A DNA stretch of 64,000 bases from an archaeon 13_2_20CM_2_53_6 (lineage in GTDB: Archaea; Thermoproteota; Bathyarchaeia; 40CM-2-53-6): positions 2,954 through 66,953 of the forward strand of contig MNDT01000061.1 in NCBI GenBank assembly GCA_001915065.1. The letters are read 5' to 3'. Numbering within the stretch: the first letter of the stretch is position 1; the number at the start of each line of letters is the position of its first letter. Below the pieces are notes generated by a model. The model had not been told where the DNA came from. It did not search any database and was given only the letters and a program-made list of their open reading frames with translations. A program made the position numbers and the translations under genes. Positions 56,627 through 64,000 of the stretch are shown here, in pieces.

Positions 56627-57028
56627 CTATTCTCCTCTGTTCTCAGCTAAATTGGTTGCTATCCATTCTTCCACGCGGTCGAGTGAGATTCTGCCGGCTG
56701 CGATATCCGCTAGAAAGACATACGTCTCTTGAGATTTGGCTTTGATCTCATATCCATTCAGTCGGAGGAATAGTTTCACGAGTTCGAATGCTGTCCTCTT
56801 GTTTCCATTCACGAATGGGTGCTGTGAGATAAGATTGTAGAGTAGGAATGATGCTTTCCTCTTGACCGCGTGACGATCACCTGCGTTCCCGCCGATCTGT
56901 TTCACCGCTTCTAACACATATTCCAAATTGGACCTGCTGAGATCCCCGTGCTCGCCACCAGTCACGTCTAGGACACGATTGTGTAAGCGCTCAACCTGTT
57001 CTAACGAGGGGTACCTGATTCCCTTCAT
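56627..57028 (-). CDS. doc: Fic/Doc-family toxin (death-on-curing)
   Basis: Fic motif HPFVNGNKRTA. Confidence 0.8.
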   Translation of the reverse strand: MKGIRYPSLEQVERLHNRVLDVTGGEHGDLSRSNLEYVLEAVKQIGGNAGDRHAVKRKASFLLYNLISQHPFVNGNKRTAFELVKLFLRLNGYEIKAKSQETYVFLADIAAGRISLDRVEEWIATNLAENRGE

Positions 57029-57031
57029 GTT

Positions 57032-57511
57032 TCATTCAACCTTTCTCTTTTTCAGATTCGTCTTCAACCAAGCATCAGATGAAACAAGTTCGAGTTTTCC
57101 ACCCCTGACTATTGCAATCCTTTTGTCGTCTCGCAGTATCACGGTCTCGGGCTTCCAATCTTTACGATCCTTCGCCATCTCCGACATCAGCAGACCCATT
57201 AGGTACCCTCTGATGTGAGTGTACAAATTCGCCGCCAAGACCCCTTTCAAAGTATACGGCTGGGAGCGCCCGACAACATCCTCCATTCTCCACCTTCCGT
57301 TTTCGTCACGGTATGCCTTATCGGGACCAAGCTTTGTCGGATACAGTTTCACCTGATAATATTGGCGAGTCTCGCCAGACAGTTCCTTGCAGAACTGGTC
57401 AATCGTGATTCCGTCGGCCTCAGTTTTCATTTGGATTGCTCTCAGTCGCATCCTATCCGAGACCGTGACTCTTGCGTGGTCCACCCTGATCTCTAACCGA
57501 CGTCTACCCAA
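57032..57511 (-). CDS. Putative cognate partner of Doc (159 aa, not Phd-like), hypothetical
   Basis: Ends 3 nt before doc on the same strand. The N-terminus RLEIRVDHARVTVSDRMRLRAI is RHH-like. The C-terminal ~100 aa could not be assigned to a family. Confidence 0.4.
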   Translation of the reverse strand: MGRRRLEIRVDHARVTVSDRMRLRAIQMKTEADGITIDQFCKELSGETRQYYQVKLYPTKLGPDKAYRDENGRWRMEDVVGRSQPYTLKGVLAANLYTHIRGYLMGLLMSEMAKDRKDWKPETVILRDDKRIAIVRGGKLELVSSDAWLKTNLKKRKVE

Positions 57512-57789
57512 GGTTCACCCGAAGAGTCCAAGACCGACCAAGATACCGTATTTAGGAATCGTCATCTGCAACCTTCATTATTGCTTCCTCGGACTGCCGA
57601 CTAATTCCCGAAAGATTCCTCGAATCTGCCTGAAATGATGCTTGTCTGTGGAGAGGATTATCCAGAGCTAGGCCCTCCTCAAAACCGCTCCGTCCGCGGA
57701 ATCCTACGTGCTAACCACAGTTGAAAAAGGTACATACGAATACGCTCAGCCATCCGGCCTCACTGCTGGAGCACACGTGAAGCCTGACC

Positions 57790-58668
57790 ATGATTCGCCC
57801 AAAGAGACCGGAATCTAATCGTGTCAAGATTCGGAAGGCAACTGCGGTCGACAAGGCTCCGATTCTAGAGATTTGTAAGAACATCTGGAACGGCCACGAC
57901 TATCTCCCGGGGGTCTGGGATGACTGGCTCGCCGACAAAGACGGTAGACTCATAGTCGCGACTGTCAAGGGAAGAACTGTAGGCGTTGCCCATGCCAGCC
58001 TCCAGACCCCTGACGTTGCCTGGCTCGAAGGCGTCAGGGTCCACGAGCAATACCGGGGCCTCGGAATCGCTGGTAAGCTGAACAGAGCACTCGTAGAATG
58101 GGCGAGAAAGAGACGAGCACGTGTTGCACGCCTTTGCACAGGCAGCTCAAACATAGCCTCCAAGAAACATCTAGCGAAGATAGAATTCCCTTTGCTGCAG
58201 ACCTTCCACCGGCTAGACGCGACCAGAGGACTCCACGCCAAACCTGCGAATGTCACCAGACCAAGACGTTCGACAAAAGCTCTCTGGGAGTGGTTGAGCG
58301 CTCGCCCCGAGTTTGCAGACAACCGTGCGATGTATTCTGACGGGTGGACATGGCATCCTCTTACAGCTCAAGCTTTCAGAAAACATGCGGCCCACGGCTG
58401 CGTCCTCCTCACATCAAGAAGCAAACAGACGAGAGCCTGCTGCATCCTCCTAGCCGAGGACGAAGTCTTGACAGTGGGATTTGTTGCGGGAGAGCCGAGT
58501 GAGGTTGGAAGGCTGATGCGAATGTCACGATTCTTGATGCTTCAGAAGAGGCGCAGAAAGCTCCGGGTCCTCCTCCCCGCGAAATCGCCCTTGATTCGAG
58601 CCCTGCAACGTTCGAGCTTTGAGAAGACCGGAAAGATCCTGGTCTACGAGAAATTCCTGGAAGAATGA
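57790..58668 (+). CDS. GNAT-family N-acetyltransferase with an additional C-terminal domain
   Basis: Acetyl-CoA binding motif VRVHEQYRGLGIAGKL in the N-terminal 150 aa. The C-terminal 140 aa is unassigned. Confidence 0.65.
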   Translation: MIRPKRPESNRVKIRKATAVDKAPILEICKNIWNGHDYLPGVWDDWLADKDGRLIVATVKGRTVGVAHASLQTPDVAWLEGVRVHEQYRGLGIAGKLNRALVEWARKRRARVARLCTGSSNIASKKHLAKIEFPLLQTFHRLDATRGLHAKPANVTRPRRSTKALWEWLSARPEFADNRAMYSDGWTWHPLTAQAFRKHAAHGCVLLTSRSKQTRACCILLAEDEVLTVGFVAGEPSEVGRLMRMSRFLMLQKRRRKLRVLLPAKSPLIRALQRSSFEKTGKILVYEKFLEE

Positions 58669-58946
58669 CGGTACGGTCTAACCCGACCGCCCTTCATGTC
58701 TCTCAACCCTTCCCTCGAAGCCTTTGATGTGCGAGAATCGCTCGACACCTCGAGGGTCTCCAGAATCTCGTCTAGCAACTCCCGCGTATGAACCAAGAGT
58801 TCGACATCCTGCTTCCTTAGTATGGCGGTGGCCAATTCAGGTATCAAGGGGGAGACTCGACATATTACGGCTTTGACCCAGAAATCGCGTTCGCCGTCCT
58901 GGTCGCTATTTGATAAATACCTGTTCTGTTGTAGTCTGGGGCTGCC

Positions 58947-60776
58947 TTGACAGAGCCTCTGCTTGTCTCGCCTAGGGTGTCCTATGTTGAACGCGTTATC
59001 GGGATTCCAGACATTGAGCTGTTCGACCTTTCAAAGGATGGAAAGACGGCGCTCGTACTCTCTAACAGGACCGGCTCATACCAGCTGGCCGCTCTGGACA
59101 CGAGAGGCGGCCAGCTACGCCCCGTTTCCCATGGAAAGGAGCGGGTGGCATGTGCCCGCATCTCCAACGACTCGGAGACAGTCTGCTTCTCAAGAGACTT
59201 TGGCGGAAGAGAAGAACACCAGCTCTTCACAATACCTCTAGAAGAGGGCGAAGAAGAGGAACAACTTACACAACTACCCTCGACTAGGGTATTCGACTTC
59301 AACTGGTCCAACGGCGACGACCGGCTGACGCTCGCAGGCGCGACAAATGAGGCGAACGGGCTCTGGATCGTCGACTCGAGCAACGGCACTCACGCCCAGA
59401 TCTTTCAGAATCGGCACTGGGTCTTCAGCCCCGAATGGTCACGGGACGATTCCCGGATCTGTGTCTCAGCCAAGACGACAGAACATCCCACAGCCGCGGA
59501 ACTTGGCTTCCTCTCCCCCGAAGGAGGACAAGAGCCACTGGTCTACACTCCAAAGCCTGGCTCGGAGAATACGAACGGCGGATGGCACCCCTCACAGCCC
59601 ACTGTCCTGTTCAAGACAGACGCTAGAGGCAGATACGAACTCGCACTCTACAAGACAGAGACCCAAGAGCTAAGCTATCTCAAAGGCAACGATCTCGGCC
59701 TCGACTTTCCAGTCTTCTCCTGGATGCCTGACGGAGGATCAATCTACTACCTCGCCGCGAACAAGGGACGGACCCGTCTGTACATCGAATCCGTCGACAC
59801 CTCCGAACCCCCAAGAGAGGTTCCCCTTCCCGACGGCTACCATGCTGGCTTCTTCGGCAGCTCGGTAAAGGCTGCTCGGTCCGGCGATCATTTCGTCTTC
59901 TCCTGGTCCTCGCTCTCCACGCCGCCCACCCTGTCCAGATTGAATACGGCTACCGGAAGAGTCGAGACGCTCCACGAGCACTACACAGACCTACCACTAG
60001 GACGCGCCGAGCCTGTAGTCTACGGCTCGTTCGACGGTCGCCCGATACACGGATGGTTCCTCCGACCCGCACAAATGGAAGGCCGCCGTCCCTGCGTCCT
60101 CTGGATACACGGCGGACCCGCCTGGGAGGTGGCAGACGCTTGGAACCCGGCCATCCAGTCGTTCCTAGTTGCGGGCTACACGCTCTTCGCTCCGAACATC
60201 CGCGGCAGCACCGGCTACGGCGTCGAGTTCCAGAACCTCAACATACACGACTGCGGAGGCGCGGACCTCAAGGACGTCGAAGAAGCCGCCAAGTATCTCC
60301 AAACACGGCACGACGTGGACCCTTCTAGGATCGCGCTCGTCGGCGCAAGCTACGGCGGCTTCATGACATTCCTCGCAACCACAAAACTCCCCGACTACTG
60401 GGCCGCAGCCGCAGCAATCGTCGGAATCACAGACTGGAGAGAAATGTACGACCTATCAGACGCGGCCTTCCGCAGCTTCATCGAACGATACTTCGGAAAA
60501 CCAGAAGACAACCCCCAGCTCTACGCAGACCGCTCACCCATCAACTTCGTCGACAATATCAAAGCCCCGCTCCTCATCTGGCACAGGGGAAACGACAGCC
60601 GCTGCCCACTACAGCCAGTCCAGAAGTTCGCCGACCGGCTCAACGTTCTAGGCAAGGAGTACGAGATGAACGTGGTCTGGGACGAAGGCCACGGATTCCA
60701 GAAGACCGAAAACCTGGCCCGCCAATACAAATCAGTCGTCGAGTTCCTAGACAAGAAACTAGTGCAGCCCAGCTAG
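58947..60776 (+). CDS. S9-family serine peptidase (prolyl oligopeptidase/acylaminoacyl-peptidase type): N-terminal beta-propeller plus alpha/beta-hydrolase
   Basis: Nucleophile elbow GASYGG, catalytic Asp/His region (WHRGNDSRCP...EGHGF), and a propeller-like N-terminal half. Confidence 0.8.
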   Translation: MTEPLLVSPRVSYVERVIGIPDIELFDLSKDGKTALVLSNRTGSYQLAALDTRGGQLRPVSHGKERVACARISNDSETVCFSRDFGGREEHQLFTIPLEEGEEEEQLTQLPSTRVFDFNWSNGDDRLTLAGATNEANGLWIVDSSNGTHAQIFQNRHWVFSPEWSRDDSRICVSAKTTEHPTAAELGFLSPEGGQEPLVYTPKPGSENTNGGWHPSQPTVLFKTDARGRYELALYKTETQELSYLKGNDLGLDFPVFSWMPDGGSIYYLAANKGRTRLYIESVDTSEPPREVPLPDGYHAGFFGSSVKAARSGDHFVFSWSSLSTPPTLSRLNTATGRVETLHEHYTDLPLGRAEPVVYGSFDGRPIHGWFLRPAQMEGRRPCVLWIHGGPAWEVADAWNPAIQSFLVAGYTLFAPNIRGSTGYGVEFQNLNIHDCGGADLKDVEEAAKYLQTRHDVDPSRIALVGASYGGFMTFLATTKLPDYWAAAAAIVGITDWREMYDLSDAAFRSFIERYFGKPEDNPQLYADRSPINFVDNIKAPLLIWHRGNDSRCPLQPVQKFADRLNVLGKEYEMNVVWDEGHGFQKTENLARQYKSVVEFLDKKLVQPS

Positions 60777-60849
60777 GCCCGAAACGCATCGAACAATGCG
60801 AAACGCTTAACTGCATGGTACCGCCTCCGTTCACATGGTGGGCTGATTT

Positions 60850-61089
60850 TTGGGCCAGGTCGCGACGGTCACCAGCAAGAGCATGATAACCATCCCTGCA
60901 AAGATACGGCAGAAGTACGGCTTCAAGCAGGGGTCCAAGCTCGAGTTCATCGACACCGAGGAAGGCATACTCCTAGTCCCCGTCAAGACCCTGCGCGAGC
61001 TGAGGGGCGCGTTCAAGTCGCATGAGAAGATCATCCGGCAAGCCATCAAAGAAATGGAACGGGAGCACAGAGAGGAAGCCCGGACCTGA
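60850..61089 (+). CDS. vapB: AbrB/SpoVT-family antitoxin VapB
   Basis: SKSMITIPAKIRQKYGFKQGSKLEF. Confidence 0.65.
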   Translation: MGQVATVTSKSMITIPAKIRQKYGFKQGSKLEFIDTEEGILLVPVKTLRELRGAFKSHEKIIRQAIKEMEREHREEART

Positions 61090-61484
61090 AAGAAAACCTA
61101 GTCCTGGACGCCGGGGTCCTCGCCCTACACTTCATCTCAAACCCCAAAGTCAAAAGGTTCTTCGACGAGATAGATGACGAAGAGAAGCAAGGCTTCGTCT
61201 CCTCCGTCAACCTCTCCGAATTCCACTACAAGACATGCCAGAAACTGGGCAAACCGGTCGCAGACATCCGCTACTACCAGCTCAGAAGAACAAGCCTCAG
61301 AATAGTCGAGACAGACGAGGAACTCTCAAGAATAGCAGGGCATGAAAAATGCCGGCAGCAGAAGCTCTCCCTCGCAGACTGCTACGCCCTCGGCCTCGCC
61401 AAACGCGTGAAGGCCACACTCCTCACTACAGACAGTGAACTCGCCAAGGTCAGAGAGATCCGCTCCCTACTATTCACTCCCTAG
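61086..61484 (+). CDS. vapC: PIN-domain toxin VapC lacking any canonical start codon (begins at a CTG overlapping the vapB TGA)
   Basis: LVLDAGVLALHF...NLSEF...SLADCYALG...LTTDSEL gives the four PIN acidic positions. 132 codons with no Met anywhere, so the ORF track missed it. The reading frame opens only at 61026. Confidence 0.55.
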   Translation: MKENLVLDAGVLALHFISNPKVKRFFDEIDDEEKQGFVSSVNLSEFHYKTCQKLGKPVADIRYYQLRRTSLRIVETDEELSRIAGHEKCRQQKLSLADCYALGLAKRVKATLLTTDSELAKVREIRSLLFTP

Positions 61485-61531
61485 CATCCTGGAAACGCCA
61501 ACAACCCAACCCTCACAGCCGAAACCTCATG

Positions 61532-61951
61532 TCAGAGTCTTGCTCCGCAACTGGGACACTTCAGCGTCCCTCCCGGGATGCTGTTACCACAGTTCGGGCA
61601 GTACTTCCTCAGCACGGGAGCCGCCGTCAACGTCGGCTGCGACCCCATCGAGTATGAGGATCTCGCCGACAGCCCAGACCTCTCCAGCTGCGAGATAGCT
61701 CCATCAACAGTCACCTTCACGATGCTGGCGTATAGGCCGATAGTAGCGATTAGGACGCTAAGAAAGATTCCGACGAAGAACGCGGCCAGAAAGGCCGCAG
61801 GATTCGACGCTACAGCCGCCGGGTTAGAAACAACCCCAGCAAGAGTGCCACCAGTGATCAATACTGCGACTATTCCAGCGACGATCGCCCAGACAATGCT
61901 CCAGAGAAATATGACGATGCCCCTACCGAACGCAAAACCCCACCCGACCAT
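61532..61951 (-). CDS. Membrane protein with C-terminal zinc-ribbon (CPNCG...CPSCG), hypothetical
   Basis: Three TM helices plus C-x2-C...C-x2-C. The overlapping + strand ORF 61578..61982 is judged antisense. Confidence 0.35.
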   Translation of the reverse strand: MVGWGFAFGRGIVIFLWSIVWAIVAGIVAVLITGGTLAGVVSNPAAVASNPAAFLAAFFVGIFLSVLIATIGLYASIVKVTVDGAISQLERSGLSARSSYSMGSQPTLTAAPVLRKYCPNCGNSIPGGTLKCPSCGARL

Positions 61952-62039
61952 GACGCTTGCCCGAACCCTCGTCGATACTTAAGACACCCGGAAAAAATTC
62001 TCGACCACAAGTGGTTCCTGTCGATCCTGGATCTTCATC

Positions 62040-62075
62040 GGGATTTTTTTTCTACGTGTTGACGGCCAGTTTTTA
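62040..62075 (+). promoter_or_regulatory. Putative promoter (partial copy of the cgggaWttttttt..cta core, followed by the TATA-like tttttattc)
   Basis: cgggattttttttcta resembles the 34-bp core at 36113. Lies 20-50 nt upstream of the 62093 ATG. Confidence 0.3.
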
Positions 62076-62092
62076 TTCTCACCAACATAATC

Positions 62093-62335
62093 ATGGCGAG
62101 TCCGGGAAGCTTGAGAATGTCCCATCGCAAGCGGAAGGTAGAGACTGTCAATTCGACGGGTCGGACACTTCGAACGTTGAGTGGTGAAGCCCGCGTCAAA
62201 CTCGCCGCCGAGATGAGCTCGGCCGTATCAGCCATCATGCTTGACTCGATTCTGGACCGCAACCCTGGAATATCAAAAACGAGACTCGTGAAGCTGGCTC
62301 ACAAGAGACTCGAGCCGGGACGTAGGATCCGCTGA
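62093..62335 (+). CDS. Hypothetical small basic protein (possible antitoxin/regulator of the downstream NTase-like gene)
   Basis: 80-aa ORF. Its TGA overlaps the CTG that opens the next conserved frame. Confidence 0.25.
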   Translation: MASPGSLRMSHRKRKVETVNSTGRTLRTLSGEARVKLAAEMSSAVSAIMLDSILDRNPGISKTRLVKLAHKRLEPGRRIR

Positions 62336-62886
62336 AGACCCGGTCTTTCACCGAGTTTTTCAAAGCCCTCGTCTCCCTCCTCAACAAATCCGGCTACGAA
62401 TACGCGATAACGGGTGCCATGGCAGCCAGCTACTATGGTCTGCCCCGAACGACGCTGGATGTGGACTTCATCGTCCAACTCTCCAATGAGCAGCTTGACC
62501 CTTTCCTGGACAAGCTCGCCGGGTTCGGGCTCGAGGTGGACAGGACTAGGATCAAGAGACGATTGAGAGCAGGATACAACATCGTAACTCTCAGAGACAA
62601 GGCCTCTCAGAACAGAGTTGACTTCATCATCCAGACAACAGGGAAGATCCATCGACGCCCCGGAAGAGCCCTTGGACTAAAGTCCTTCTATCAATCTCCC
62701 GAAGCGCTCATTCTCGCAAAGCTGCGGATGATCAAGGCAACCCACCCGCCGGAGAGAAGCTTCAAAGATCGAGACGACATTAGACAGATACTCGCAAACA
62801 TCAAGACCAGCAGACGAAAGCTCTTCCGACTTGCAGAAGAACAACACACCGGCGCGTTTCTCAAGGAGATCCTCGAACTATCATAG
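62332..62886 (+). CDS. Nucleotidyltransferase-fold protein (toxin-like), N-terminus lacks a canonical start
   Basis: The conserved-looking N-terminal region EFFKALVSLLNKSGYEYAITGAMAASYYGLPRTTLDVDFIV precedes the first ATG (62419). The frame opens at 62326 with CTG at 62332. The family assignment is tentative. Confidence 0.4.
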   Translation: MKTRSFTEFFKALVSLLNKSGYEYAITGAMAASYYGLPRTTLDVDFIVQLSNEQLDPFLDKLAGFGLEVDRTRIKRRLRAGYNIVTLRDKASQNRVDFIIQTTGKIHRRPGRALGLKSFYQSPEALILAKLRMIKATHPPERSFKDRDDIRQILANIKTSRRKLFRLAEEQHTGAFLKEILELS

Positions 62887-63209
62887 CTGGCCACCAAAGG
62901 GGCCTCACATTTTTCAGCACAGTCATCATAATCCACCAGCTTTGAAGCTGGACCAGCCAGTTGCGAGATTTGCAATGCCCTGACGCTCCGAGACAAAATC
63001 GCGAATCAAGTCTAAGAAAACCGAAATCGAGAACGGTCGACTTGCATATCCCGGCCGGGAAGTCTCGAACGTTCCAGAGAAAGACATGGATATACCCCTT
63101 CGCCCGGCAATCGTGGGATAGCCGGCATGAGGGAATCTCTTCAAATGTGGCAGAATGTAACCGTCACCTTTAAACATCAACCGAAACAGGGGTTCTCGGT
63201 CATTATTTC

Positions 63210-64000
63210 ATGAGAAGTCACGCGCGACCGATCATATTGTTCGCTCTGACCCTTGCCAGCCTCTTGCTGGCCCCCGCCATTCAGGGGGCGCACGCGGCCC
63301 CTACCTATACTCCCGGAGTCAAACCCGGTGATATGGCCGTCTACGCCCGCGCCTCTGGGTCGTGGGGCCTGGGGGGCCCCCCGCAGCCGCCCTTTTCGCA
63401 GTTCATCGACCTCAACTACACAACGCTTCAAGTCACCAGCGTGACCGGAGAGAATGTGACTGCCGCCCAGACATTCGTCTATGCCAACAAGACAAGCGTA
63501 TCCGACACGATTCTCGGTAGCGTGGCCACAGACTCGGGCAACATTACGTTCTGGTTCATAGCCGCGAACTTGACGGCGGGTGATCCGATCTATACAACCC
63601 CGAACCCACCGGTCATTAATCAGACGTTTACACAAACCTTCGCGGGCGCACCTAGAACCGTCGACGCGCTTAACATAACACAGACTCCATCTCCCGGCGT
63701 CGTGCTGTTTGTCAACGTCTGGTGGGACCAGGCAACAGGCATCCTACTCCTCATCGACTACATAGTAACAACGCCCACAGGATCCGCATCGCTCTTCGCG
63801 AGTCTGGTCGAGACGAACATTTGGAGCCCAGTCCCGCAACCTGGATTTGGGATCGGCACGGACCCCAACTTCCTGACAATTCAGGAAGGCGGCTCAAACA
63901 GTAGCACCATTAGACTGGTCAGCGAACTGGGTTTCTCAGGAAGCATCACCATCACGCCCGTTGCCTTCCTATGCAACTTCAACAGCACCATCGGCTTCTG
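63210..64000 (+). CDS. Secreted/surface protein with signal peptide and 11 N-glycosylation sequons (partial, runs off the window end)
   Basis: MRSHARPIILFALTLASLLLAPAIQGAHA is a signal peptide, followed by a Thr/Ser-rich domain with NYT, NVT, NKT, NIT, NLT, NQT, NIT, NSS, NST, NFN... No stop before 64000, so it is absent from the ORF track. Confidence 0.5.
   Translation, partial: MRSHARPIILFALTLASLLLAPAIQGAHAAPTYTPGVKPGDMAVYARASGSWGLGGPPQPPFSQFIDLNYTTLQVTSVTGENVTAAQTFVYANKTSVSDTILGSVATDSGNITFWFIAANLTAGDPIYTTPNPPVINQTFTQTFAGAPRTVDALNITQTPSPGVVLFVNVWWDQATGILLLIDYIVTTPTGSASLFASLVETNIWSPVPQPGFGIGTDPNFLTIQEGGSNSSTIRLVSELGFSGSITITPVAFLCNFNSTIGF

Overview
This 64-kb window is a GC-rich archaeal chromosomal segment. 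The archaeal assignment rests on the gene content: L19e, L32e and S4e in an archaeal-order ribosomal operon, an RNase P Rpp29 subunit, and Orc1/Cdc6. Five blocks can be recognised.

(1) 0-19 kb is a cell-surface glycan biosynthesis island. It holds a GDP-D-glycero-D-manno-heptose pathway (gmhB-hddA-gmhA), a complete dTDP-rhamnose pathway (rmlA-like, rmlB, rmlC, rmlD), an NDP-hexose C-methyltransferase, other methyltransferases, five GT2 and one GT4 glycosyltransferases, and a large polytopic membrane protein.

(2) 19-25 kb is a decayed mosaic region. It contains a LAGLIDADG homing-endonuclease pseudogene, a truncated copy of rpl30, a frameshifted pterin-4a-carbinolamine dehydratase, and paralogous gene fragments.

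(3) 25.4-33.9 kb holds hsp20 and an archaeal ribosomal-protein operon running rpl22 to rpl30, truncated at both ends relative to the canonical operon.

(4) 34-38 kb holds a KaiC-like ATPase pair with a wHTH gene, a candidate replication origin, and orc1/cdc6. A ~220-bp promoter/leader element with a 34-bp perfect core lies upstream of orc1 and recurs, inverted, 11 kb away at 24.9-25.2 kb, so the two copies bracket the r-protein/KaiC block.

(5) 38-64 kb is an accessory region dense in toxin-antitoxin modules (HEPN-MNT, three VapBC pairs, Doc/Fic, DUF2283). It also holds an 8.2-kb ECF-transporter plus hydantoinase A/B island flanked by ~175-bp direct repeats, an S9 peptidase, a GNAT acetyltransferase, and a partial secreted N-glycosylated protein at the window end.

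Four conserved ORFs begin with no canonical start codon. In three of them a CTG overlaps the TGA of an upstream reading frame (CTGA junction); the fourth is rpl6, whose conserved N-terminal strand lies upstream of the called GTG.
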